Positions 9,656 through 18,768 of a stretch of DNA of 64,000 nucleotides are shown piece by piece. Source of the stretch: Candidatus Latescibacterota bacterium (GTDB taxonomy: Bacteria; Latescibacterota; UBA2968; GCA-2709665). Positions within the stretch are counted from its first letter, which is position 1. Each line of letters starts with the position of its first letter. The notes under the pieces were generated by a model. That model did not search any database, was not told where the DNA came from, and saw only the letters and a list, made by a program, of their open reading frames with translations. The stretch is taken from NCBI GenBank assembly GCA_965116875.1, contig OZ220733.1, forward strand, positions 2,368,001 to 2,432,000, written 5' to 3'. The position numbers and the translations under genes are program-made.

Positions 9656-11083
9656 ATGCGTGGCATAGTCGGGAATTCTTTCGTTGTTCTGGGCGCCTTC
9701 GCCGCTGTCTGTCTGCCCATCGTGCGGGCTGCAGCCGAACTCCCACCTGAGATCCTGGCGGATCGACATTTGATCCAGGCAGAGCAGCTTCACGCCGACG
9801 GGGACCACGCGGGCGCCCTTTCGGTGATGAATGAGATAATCGCGATGCAACGGGAGCACAATTTCAAACTCTCAGACGAATTTCATTTCAAGTATGCGCG
9901 CGTGGCCATGTCTGCAGATTCCATCAGGGTCGCGCTTGATGCGGCGAACAGGTATCTTTCGACCGCGGGCAGGAACGGCGAATTCTACAGGGAGGCTTTG
10001 GCTCTCTCGCTCAGCGCTGAGGAGACATTGGACGTTCCTGAGATCGGTCCCTCCGAAACGTGTACAGGAAAGCAGCTTGGCTCGAGTTGTTGGATGGCGC
10101 TGGCCAACCACCCTGATTGCTACGTTTGGAACCCTTTTTTTCAAAGGGATGCGACCGCGTCCTGGTCTGGGATGTGTTATGGCGGCGTGGGTAGAGGTGA
10201 GGGAACGATCAATTGGACTTTTACAAGCAATAGAGGCCTTGGTAGCTTGTGGGATAAGGCAAACAGAACGGAATGGGGACGCCCGAAGGAACACATGTAC
10301 GGTGGTTTAACGGAAACCGGGCGCATTAAGAAAGGCTGGCGTCACGGCGAATGGGTACTGCGTTTACCTGACGGAGCCACTCTACAGGGCTCCTATGTTC
10401 GCGGCAAGAGGCATGGCCTATGGGTCGAGCGCGATTCCAGCGGTAGCGAAACATACGTAGCGAGAATCCCTTATTCCGCTGGCAAGAGGAATGGTGTGAT
10501 AGAAGTAGAGGTAGTTGAGTGTGCGAATTCATCAACGCGTCATCCTTTTGAGATTACTATCCGCGGAGAGTTCATAAGAGGCAAGAAGCACGGCCAATGG
10601 AAGAATGAATGGGAAAACGGTCTCTACGCCTCCGGTCGTTACGAACATGGGACAAGGCAAGGAGAATGGGAAATCAGGGGCGTTTCTTGTGCTGAAGTCA
10701 AAAGCAATTACACTTCTGGTTGGGATTGGAATGACTACAAAACAGGTCAGTATCTGGACGGCAAGAAGCAGGGCAAATGGAAAGAAAATAGTGGTAGTTA
10801 CATGAGTGAAGGCACGTATGAGAAAGGGAAGAAGCATGGCCGATGGAGAGAAGGCTACAATTATGACTTTGAAACCGGACCCTATGTAGAAGGGAAGAGG
10901 CACGGCTATTGGGTCGAGGAGGATGGCAGGCACCACAGTCGTGGCACATATGCTGACGGCGAAAGAAACGGAGTATGGTACTATTGGGACAGCGATGAAC
11001 GCAAATGCCGGTCCCGCGAATACTATTTGGGATCTGAAACCGGCAAGCGAAAAAAAGTCAAAAAGAAATTCTGCCGGGAATGA
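9656..11083 (+). CDS. Secreted protein with helical N-terminal domain and MORN-variant (YwqK-like) repeats
   Basis: AGGAG RBS, signal peptide; repeated G-x-Y-x-x-G-K-[RK]-H-G-x-W units. Confidence 0.75.
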   Translation: MRGIVGNSFVVLGAFAAVCLPIVRAAAELPPEILADRHLIQAEQLHADGDHAGALSVMNEIIAMQREHNFKLSDEFHFKYARVAMSADSIRVALDAANRYLSTAGRNGEFYREALALSLSAEETLDVPEIGPSETCTGKQLGSSCWMALANHPDCYVWNPFFQRDATASWSGMCYGGVGRGEGTINWTFTSNRGLGSLWDKANRTEWGRPKEHMYGGLTETGRIKKGWRHGEWVLRLPDGATLQGSYVRGKRHGLWVERDSSGSETYVARIPYSAGKRNGVIEVEVVECANSSTRHPFEITIRGEFIRGKKHGQWKNEWENGLYASGRYEHGTRQGEWEIRGVSCAEVKSNYTSGWDWNDYKTGQYLDGKKQGKWKENSGSYMSEGTYEKGKKHGRWREGYNYDFETGPYVEGKRHGYWVEEDGRHHSRGTYADGERNGVWYYWDSDERKCRSREYYLGSETGKRKKVKKKFCRE

Positions 11084-11468
11084 GCGAATCAGGTGGGCAG
11101 ATGACGCCTGGCGGTGACAACCGGGATTTCGTCGAATGTTGTTCCTTGCGGCTCGTGGTTCAGCGATCCACTGAAACGGACGTAAGCGATCACGGTGACA
11201 ATACGCCAGTATTCGTCGCAGTACCATCGAATATCGCGTTTCCCTGAAATTATCCGGTTTTTCCAGGAATGCCAACGGTCAGCCTACAGCGTCATGCAAG
11301 AGGAAAAGCAGATCCCGGAACAGAGAAGCGCACTGGTTCCCGCGAAACCGTCGTTGAATTGGCAGGATCAGTTGGGGACGGGTTTTTCGTGTTCCCGTTC
11401 ACGGCAGAGGGATTACAGCAGGACTGTTCGCATAACCTCGTTGATTTCTACAGACGGTTCAGTATCGG

Positions 11469-11777
11469 TCAGGAACTCATTGTCCGCCGCTGGATATACC
11501 GGTTCCGTGCGTTTTCAGTAAGTGACACAGGATCCAGGCCGGCGGGCCTGAGCGCATACTTCGCCCGTCCGTCGCTGGCAAGAATGAAGAATTCAGGATG
11601 GCTTTTTACGATCCGGTTGACCGTTTCGGATGAAATCTTGAGATCTCTTGCAATCCCTCCGGGCGTGCGCCAGTCTCCGCTCGAGTGATAGATGACTCTC
11701 ACGATTTCATCGATCGTTTCCCGTTCACTTCGATCCACTTTGTCTCTCCCCGGATCGGGTCCGCCGGACGATATCAT
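11469..11777 (-). CDS. Hypothetical protein, possible winged-HTH
   Basis: WRTPGGIARDLKISSETVNRIV resembles an HTH; start uncertain. Confidence 0.35.
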   Translation of the reverse strand: MISSGGPDPGRDKVDRSERETIDEIVRVIYHSSGDWRTPGGIARDLKISSETVNRIVKSHPEFFILASDGRAKYALRPAGLDPVSLTENARNRYIQRRTMSS

Positions 11778-12686
11778 CTACGATGTCCGTCAGCTACAGT
11801 GTCTCGAAATATACCACTTTCACGGAGTTTTACCATCTTTTCAGCGCCTAGTTGTCCGTCGCCCATTTTCCTTTTCAATCTGAACGAAATCTGCCGGAGG
11901 TTTACTCAGAAACGTTGCCCACTCGCTCGGTAGCGTCAAGAGTTTTCACGACGAAAAAGAGGTCTGAAGAATCGGTCTTAAGGACGCTGGAAATGAGAAA
12001 TGTGCGAAATCGGGAAACATCGATACGGCAAAAAAACTGCACTGAGAGCGAAGGGCGCAGCCACAAATGAGTGCGCAAGAACACCCGGAAAGAACTGCGT
12101 TATCCGCGAGTAGAGGATTCACAAGCCGATAATGCGGACAAAACTGCCCGGCATGGCCGTTTGGCCTTAACGATCCAGACGGAGTTTTTGTTTCTTCACT
12201 GCTGAGAATTGATTTTGAAGTGTGATTTTGAACCCTGAGAAAGCAATCGGTGAATGAGCAAGTTTGACCCATTAAAACATCATCTGCTTTGGCTGACCTT
12301 AGCAGTCCGTTGATAAAGTCCGAGCCATTGTGGCCGAAGACAAGGCGCGCGACCGAGTCCCATCCTGCGATTCGGCGAGGGAGCGCAACGCAGGTTTTCG
12401 ACCGCAAGGGCCGGACGTAGCCCGGATGGACTTTTTCAACGGGCTGTTAGGGATGTTCCCTGTGGTGGTCGTATCTGAATTCATCGGCAAAGCTGAATCC
12501 CCTGAGGGCATTTGGATCGTTGTCGATCCGGAGCATTCGCCCAATGGGGCTGCAACTTCAGTACGTGCCGGGTACGCGTCATTGAGCGACGATTACTTCA
12601 GCAAGTTTGCGTCTGTCAGACTTATGCTGACCTGCGGCAGCAATAGTGATGTCGTTCGGTGTGAAATCAAGTGAAAGGAGATTACC

Positions 12687-13187
12687 GTGAAGGACGTGAC
12701 TGATGTGAGACAGTTTAAGACAGTTGTTATCGTCCTCCTATGCCTGATAGCATCCGGTTGTTATGCTCGCCCTGAGCCGCACCCGGGCAAAGCGTCGGCT
12801 GATACGAGGGCAGATTTCATCGAAGAAGACAATGGAATATATAACTATATCAACGGTGACATGGTTGAAGCGAAGTCAAGTCTATGGTCCGAAACTGTTG
12901 TAAGTTGCTGGATTCCTGATAAAACCAGAGTGAGGATATTGGGAGTTTACGAGAAGAAGAGACGACTTGTAGATACTGATGTATGGTGGTACGTCCTCTA
13001 TCTTGAAGGGAAATGTTCCGGATGGGTGACAAGCGACGAGATTTCATCTCATCCGGAAAATTGGAAAGACACGAAGGAGTCTCGTAAGGAATCCGGCAAG
13101 AAAACCAAGATTCCTGTGTTCCTGGATCCTGGAACGACTTCAAAAGAACCCACTTGCCCACCTTCACCGTTTCCGAAGCCTGAATAG
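12687..13187 (+). CDS. Lipoprotein with SH3b-like domain
   Basis: AAAGGAG RBS, GTG; lipobox LIASG-C; TRVRILG...WWYVLYLEGKCSGWV. Confidence 0.6.
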   Translation: MKDVTDVRQFKTVVIVLLCLIASGCYARPEPHPGKASADTRADFIEEDNGIYNYINGDMVEAKSSLWSETVVSCWIPDKTRVRILGVYEKKRRLVDTDVWWYVLYLEGKCSGWVTSDEISSHPENWKDTKESRKESGKKTKIPVFLDPGTTSKEPTCPPSPFPKPE

Positions 13188-13864
13188 TTAGAGTAGATCA
13201 GTTCCTGATTTCGGTGGTTAATATGAAATGGCGATCGCCGTGTGGCAGAATTGGGCCTCGATATTTCAGTGCTGGCCGCCTTTTACAATTAAAGGATTAC
13301 TTGATTGCGAAGCGATGTTGCGCGGCGAAACACCCAGATAAAATATCGAATGGTATCACAACGATTACTGCTGCGAGAGAAACAAGAACGTAGTGTGAAA
13401 CGCGGGAAGTGAAATAAGGACGTCGGTGGCAGGATGTTCCTGGGAATAACGCAGTGGGCGGCGACGTTACGGTTTACCGCGGTTGACGATGACAGCGCCG
13501 TTGGAACGGACCCGGTGATCGTAACGATTGTGGAGCACGGGGGATTGTAGATTGCACGAGGAGTCGAATCGATGGATGCATTGGAGGCCGGAGGATCCGG
13601 ACGGGCAGCGGCTCATCAGAGAGGAGGACGACATGAGATGAATTCAAGGACCGGCGTCGCAGACAATCGTAGAGGGTGGCATTCAGTCAGGTGGATGCCG
13701 TGCAGACAATCCGTGAGGCTGAGGGCTGCCCGGACCGGCAGTATCCGATTTGTGTCGGATTGAACCGTGTTTCAACCGGGTTAGCCGGAAAGCCAATTAA
13801 TCGAAAAGTGGATAACCATTCATTTTAACGAAATTGTGTTGAATATTCGACAAGGAGAAACACC

Positions 13865-15712
13865 ATGAGGAAAGCACCCGCATCGTTCACGTCGGCATAC
13901 TTAAATCCCGTTGTCGGTCTACTCGTACTGGCCGGCGTCTTTTCCGGTGCGCCTCTCGCCCTGGCGCAGGACGATTGTCCACTTCCCGCCGGCGTAACCC
14001 CTTCTCCGGCTCCGCCCGTGACGGCGCAACAGGTGGAAAACGGCAGCGGCAGCCTGAGAGACTTCACGTTGGCCTTACGGGATCAATACGGGCAGGGTAC
14101 AGCGAGTCCGGAGAGAGCCATGTACTATGGATGTCTCTACAGGCAGGAGGGGAGCCATTGGCGTTCCGGTTCCACCTACCTGGTGATCCTGTCGCCCGAT
14201 GGCAGGGTGTTCCTTCACGCGAAAGACATGGCATTGTCGGGCCGGCTGCTCAACCCCTTGATTTATGGGGCGATTCTTTCCGGGCTGGGAATCGAACTGG
14301 GCGTCATCGTCAATCTGGCTTCTCCCGATCCCGCTATCGCCGCCCAGGCGGTCACCGCCGTGATGAACACCTTGTCGCAGGAACCGCACGGCGCATTCGA
14401 CGCAACCGTCCCCATACCAGGCCTGCGGCCTGGCATACCGGGCGCCTCCGGCTACGCCGCGGTATATCTGTCGGCCGTTTTCGGACTCCCGGTCGTGATG
14501 ATGGCCGGATTCGATCTCGATGAATCTCACCTGGCGGAAGAAGAAATCGATTACGGCGACCCGACCGTTACCGCCGTGGACGTGGTAGACCGAGAAACCC
14601 TGAAGACATTCGTGACGCAGGCGGGAGAGTGGATTCTCGAACTCCTGAAGGACGACATAGGCGCTATCTCGAAAGCCAAGGTCTCCCTGCGGGACCCGAA
14701 CGGCCCCTGGAGGCACGGTTCCGTGTACATCTACGTCCTGGATCTTACCACCAACATCATCGTATTTCACGGCGCATTTCCGGACAGATACGAACTGAGG
14801 CCTCTCGTAGCAACCGTCAAAGACGCGGTTACCGGAGAGCTCGTTTTGCCTCAGGTCATCGAGGCCGCGAAGGGCAGCCAGGAAGGCGGATTCGTGGAGT
14901 ACTACTTCGACGATCCCAATGACGACACCGACAGCGACGATATCCCCAAAGTGGGTTACGCCCGCCAATTCGCCGACTTATTCCGGCAGGGTGACGGAAC
15001 CGAAGTCCCAATCAACTTCATCGTCGGGTCGGGTTTCTATGGGAAAGCGCGCGAGGTTGTCACAACCGGTCCCCGTACGGAAGTGGAGGCTGAGGTCCTG
15101 GGAGGCGCCGTTGAGGGACTGGACGTCGCGTTTTCCCGCGCCATCGCCGGGCGTGGGTCCAACTACGACTGGAGCGCCGTCACCGATGCGGCCGGCCTAT
15201 TGTCCCTGACCATTTCCAGTGAGCATGGGGTCAGCGGATACTATCGGGCCCGGGCCACCAACGCCAGTGGCGATATTGTTGGTCAGTGGAGCAGCATTCC
15301 TCTGAATGAGGGCAGCCGCCAGGTCCTGGAACTGACGCTGAGCGGCGGTGCGCGGGTTGTCCGGGTCGAATCGCTGGCTTCAGCCGAGCCGGTGGCAGCC
15401 GCCAAGCCGGTATTCGAAGCCGGGACAGCGCCGGAAGCCAGCGGTCTGGCGCCCAATTCGCCCAACCCGTTCAACAGCGCCACCCTGATCACGTACCATC
15501 TGGCTACCCCTGGCCCGGTGAAGCTCGTGATCTACAACGTGCTGGGGCAGCCCGTACGGACGCTGGTGGACGCGTCGCAGGCCGCAGGCGCCTACCAGGT
15601 CCGGTGGGACGCCCGCGACCGGTTGGGCGTCTCGCTGTCGACGGGGATGTATATCGCCAGGCTGAGCTATCCTGGCGGGGAGCAGTCCGTACGCATGCTC
15701 TATCTCAAGTAG
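13865..15712 (+). CDS. Secreted protein with two sCache_2-like domains and C-terminal FlgD-Ig/T9SS-type domain
   Basis: AAGGAG RBS, signal peptide; WRSGSTYLVIL..FLHA and GPWRHGSVYIYVLD..VFHGAFP..GGFVEYYFDDP..KVGY; C-terminal PNSPNPFNSATLITY..IYNVLGQPVRTLV..WDARD..GMYIARL. Confidence 0.7.
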   Translation: MRKAPASFTSAYLNPVVGLLVLAGVFSGAPLALAQDDCPLPAGVTPSPAPPVTAQQVENGSGSLRDFTLALRDQYGQGTASPERAMYYGCLYRQEGSHWRSGSTYLVILSPDGRVFLHAKDMALSGRLLNPLIYGAILSGLGIELGVIVNLASPDPAIAAQAVTAVMNTLSQEPHGAFDATVPIPGLRPGIPGASGYAAVYLSAVFGLPVVMMAGFDLDESHLAEEEIDYGDPTVTAVDVVDRETLKTFVTQAGEWILELLKDDIGAISKAKVSLRDPNGPWRHGSVYIYVLDLTTNIIVFHGAFPDRYELRPLVATVKDAVTGELVLPQVIEAAKGSQEGGFVEYYFDDPNDDTDSDDIPKVGYARQFADLFRQGDGTEVPINFIVGSGFYGKAREVVTTGPRTEVEAEVLGGAVEGLDVAFSRAIAGRGSNYDWSAVTDAAGLLSLTISSEHGVSGYYRARATNASGDIVGQWSSIPLNEGSRQVLELTLSGGARVVRVESLASAEPVAAAKPVFEAGTAPEASGLAPNSPNPFNSATLITYHLATPGPVKLVIYNVLGQPVRTLVDASQAAGAYQVRWDARDRLGVSLSTGMYIARLSYPGGEQSVRMLYLK

Positions 15713-16059
15713 CCGGAACGATCCGGTAAAGAGCGAACGTCCGAGAATCCGTCCGGAAACCTCTGATGAGCTTCCATCACAGGACACTCAGGGTTTGCGG
15801 ACGGGTTGTTGTTTCGAGGGGCCTGGCAGACCACAGCCTGCCAACAGATCTACTGGCAGGCCGGATGATAGCGGGACTCCGGGGCCTCTGTCGTTACTCT
15901 TTGGCGTTGGATCTTGCTTCGTTCGCGGGGATGCGTTCTCCTTGCGCTTTTTGCGTTAGCATACTTCAATCGGTACTTTTGATCACCGCCAATCGTGCCT
16001 GAATGCATCTTCAGAGTGCAGGAGGCACGGTAATACGGCAACGCACAGAACGGCGCAAC

Positions 16060-18201
16060 ATGAAACGTCTATCGATCCTGTTTGCGGCCCTCGCATCCTG
16101 TCTTTGGATCTGCGCGCCCCTGGCGCACGGGTACCAATCAGGTCCCTTCCCGGACTTTGACGAAGACGGCGTGGTGGGCTTTGCGGACTTTCTGCAATTT
16201 GCGGGGAGATTCGGTGCACATCGCGGCGATGGGAAGTACGACGACCGATTCGACCTGGACGGTGACGGTGTGATCGGCTTTTCGGATTTTCTGGTCTTTG
16301 CCACCACCTTTGGAAAAGCGTCTCCTTACGCCGGTGATGAGAACGATGTTCATATACCTGACGCCAATCTCCGCGCCGTGATAGCGGACAGCCTCGGCAA
16401 ATCGCGCGACGCGGCCATCACTCGTACGGAATTGGCGACCTTGATCGAGCTCAAAGGGCATGATGCGAGTATCCGTGATTTGACCGGACTGCAGTTTGCC
16501 GTCAATCTGACGGAACTGTGGCTTGACGGAAACGAAATAACAGACCTGTCCGCGTTGTGCGACCTCACTGCACTGACGGATCTGGTTCTCTACTCGAATA
16601 AGATCTCAGATATATCAGCCCTATCCAACCTGGTGAATCTCCACCATCTCAATGTTGCCCACAACACGGTCTCTGACGTCTCTGTGCTCACCGACCTGAC
16701 TCAACTCCGGTACCTGGACCTCTCGGGGAATGAGGCCTCCGACGTATCCGCGCTGGCAAACCTGGGCGGTTTGGTACTGCTCCATCTTGAATCCAACTCG
16801 ATCTCCGACATATCCGCGTTGTCCGGGATGACCAATCTGACGGAATTGAATCTCAGCAACAACTGCATTTCAGATCTGTCTGCGCTTGTTAAGCTGGTCA
16901 ACCTCAGACGCCTGAATCTCTACAACAACAGAATATCGGATTTTTCGCCACTCGCGGCCAATACGGGACTTGGCCAGGGGCACGAGATCGACGTCAGGAA
17001 AAACCCATTGAGCGAGGCATCGCTCAACACGCACGTACCCGCGCTTCGGAACAAAGGCGTTGACGTGCAATTCGAAAATCAGCCGGTGTTGGCATGTATT
17101 CCAATTCTTCCAAAAGGTAATTCAGTGGACGCAGGCAGCTCTCACACGTTACAGACCAATTACCTGTACGTTGACCGCCAAGCAATAAGGCAGGGAGGAC
17201 GGCGGGGCGGAGTACATGCCGTGGCGTACGCCGATTTCAGCGGAGACGGCCACGTAGACGTTTTTCTCTCGCCGCTGGACGGCACACCGCGGGCAACGCC
17301 TGCCGAATTGTACCTTAACGATGGGATGGGGTGTTTCTCCTTTTTCGCGAGTTTTCCGGGGGGGAATCCACCAGGTCTGGTACATCCGAGAAAGGCGCTC
17401 CCGGGTGATTTCAACGGTGACGGCCGAATGGATTTAATGGTATTGGGTCACGGCTATGACAAGCCTCCGTTTCCCGGAGAAGCGCCGTACGTGATTCTCT
17501 CCAAGGGAGATGGATACGTGCTTGGCAGCGGGTTAGAGACCTTTGTCGGGTTTCAGCACGGCGGCGCGTCGGGTGACGTGGATGCGGACGGAGATATCGA
17601 CGTATTCGTCACCCACCTGAATGCCACTGACGGGCCGTTCTTTTTGATAAATGATGGTACAGGTGCATTCGCATTGGATGAGGACCGCGTTGCAGGTCTT
17701 GCGCATAAGGCGCTATTTACCGCGGAATTGGTTGACGTCGACGGCGACGGTTTCCTTGATCTCCTGACCGCCGGTCACGAGTACGATCCCCCACAGGATC
17801 TACAGACGCAAATTCTGTGGGGCGACGTCGACGGTGTCTACAGCACAGCAAGAGCCACGACCCTGCCGGGTGTCATCGGCCGCGGCATTGTCGTGGATAT
17901 CGACGTGAACGACACGGATGGGGACGGCGACAACGACGTCGTCGTCAACCGGACCGGCGACGAAAGGACTTCCACATATCAAGGATACTATTTGCAACTG
18001 GTCGAGCAGGTGGGTAAACGCCGCTTCGAGGACAGGACCGCACAATTGCTTTCTGAACACGAAGATTCCAGCGCCGAATGGTTCGACTGGATCCGCATGT
18101 GCGATTGTGATGCCGACGGAGACGTGGATATCGTGGTGGACGATGCCTCAAGAGACCTGATCTGGGTAAACGACGGAACCGGCAAGTTCCGGCGGCGATA
18201 A
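16060..18201 (+). CDS. Secreted dockerin-like + internalin-type LRR + FG-GAP/VCBS repeat protein
   Basis: Signal peptide; PDFDEDGVVGFADF..FDLDGDGVIGFSDF; IPDANLRAVI cap and 22-aa LxxLxLxxNxIxDlSxL repeats; multiple DFNGDGxxD motifs. Confidence 0.8.
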   Translation: MKRLSILFAALASCLWICAPLAHGYQSGPFPDFDEDGVVGFADFLQFAGRFGAHRGDGKYDDRFDLDGDGVIGFSDFLVFATTFGKASPYAGDENDVHIPDANLRAVIADSLGKSRDAAITRTELATLIELKGHDASIRDLTGLQFAVNLTELWLDGNEITDLSALCDLTALTDLVLYSNKISDISALSNLVNLHHLNVAHNTVSDVSVLTDLTQLRYLDLSGNEASDVSALANLGGLVLLHLESNSISDISALSGMTNLTELNLSNNCISDLSALVKLVNLRRLNLYNNRISDFSPLAANTGLGQGHEIDVRKNPLSEASLNTHVPALRNKGVDVQFENQPVLACIPILPKGNSVDAGSSHTLQTNYLYVDRQAIRQGGRRGGVHAVAYADFSGDGHVDVFLSPLDGTPRATPAELYLNDGMGCFSFFASFPGGNPPGLVHPRKALPGDFNGDGRMDLMVLGHGYDKPPFPGEAPYVILSKGDGYVLGSGLETFVGFQHGGASGDVDADGDIDVFVTHLNATDGPFFLINDGTGAFALDEDRVAGLAHKALFTAELVDVDGDGFLDLLTAGHEYDPPQDLQTQILWGDVDGVYSTARATTLPGVIGRGIVVDIDVNDTDGDGDNDVVVNRTGDERTSTYQGYYLQLVEQVGKRRFEDRTAQLLSEHEDSSAEWFDWIRMCDCDADGDVDIVVDDASRDLIWVNDGTGKFRRR

Positions 18202-18305
18202 ACGCGGACCTCCATCAAACCAGGACTGACGACGCGGGTACGGATGGACCTTCAGGCGTCTGATGGAGATGCGCAGGCGAATGATGCATCGCCTGCGCAT
18301 CTCTA

Positions 18306-18551
18306 TGTTGCAAATTGCACATGTTGTTGCAAATTGCACAAATCGCGTGTCGACGTGCGGATAAGCCAACACAAATAGTATAGAAACAGATATTTGTAAC
18401 GCTGTATTTGCAATACGGCCCACTTCGAGTCGGGCTTTTTTTTTGTGCGTTTTGCAACAATCCTGACCGGTGCGATTTCAATCGATTTGTCCCTTACTCA
18501 CTTATTAACATTATCTTATATAAAAAACCACATTTGGGCACGATATTTGCA
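18306..18551 (+). promoter_or_regulatory. sigma54 promoter with putative upstream activator sites for the giant gene
   Basis: GGGCACGATATTTGCA 18536-18551 (GG-N10-GC); TGTTGCAAATTGCACA twice (18306-18321, 18325-18340) plus an inverted 2-mismatch copy 18444-18459; AT-rich spacer. Confidence 0.75.
18418..18444 (+). terminator. Possible intrinsic terminator downstream of the LRR/FG-GAP gene
   Basis: GCCC-ACTTCGAGTC-GGGC followed by a T run. Confidence 0.4.
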
Positions 18552-18768
18552 TTCGGGTTCCCGTGCACTGTGCAAAACCGGACGATTCCAGGCTGTGCCG
18601 CATTATACGGGAGGGTGAATTCGGCCCCCGTCTCTCGCGGGTACACAGAAGTTTCGGGCGTCTCGTCCTCGACACAGCGCGCGGCCTACTCCCCACGGGC
18701 CGACCCGTGGCGAGTCTCTCCTTCCCAGGCGCGAGACGCCCGCTCTATTCGAGGTATGAATTTCCGGA

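Noticed and set aside
13430-13550. Calx-beta-like peptide LRFTAVDDDSAVGTDPVIVTI
   Set aside because: Too short, with no supporting ORF; may be chance or a tiny remnant
4000-13800. Integron cassette array (co-oriented orphan ORFs)
   Set aside because: No convincing RYYYAAC...GTTRRRY attC pairs, long intergenic gaps and no integrase
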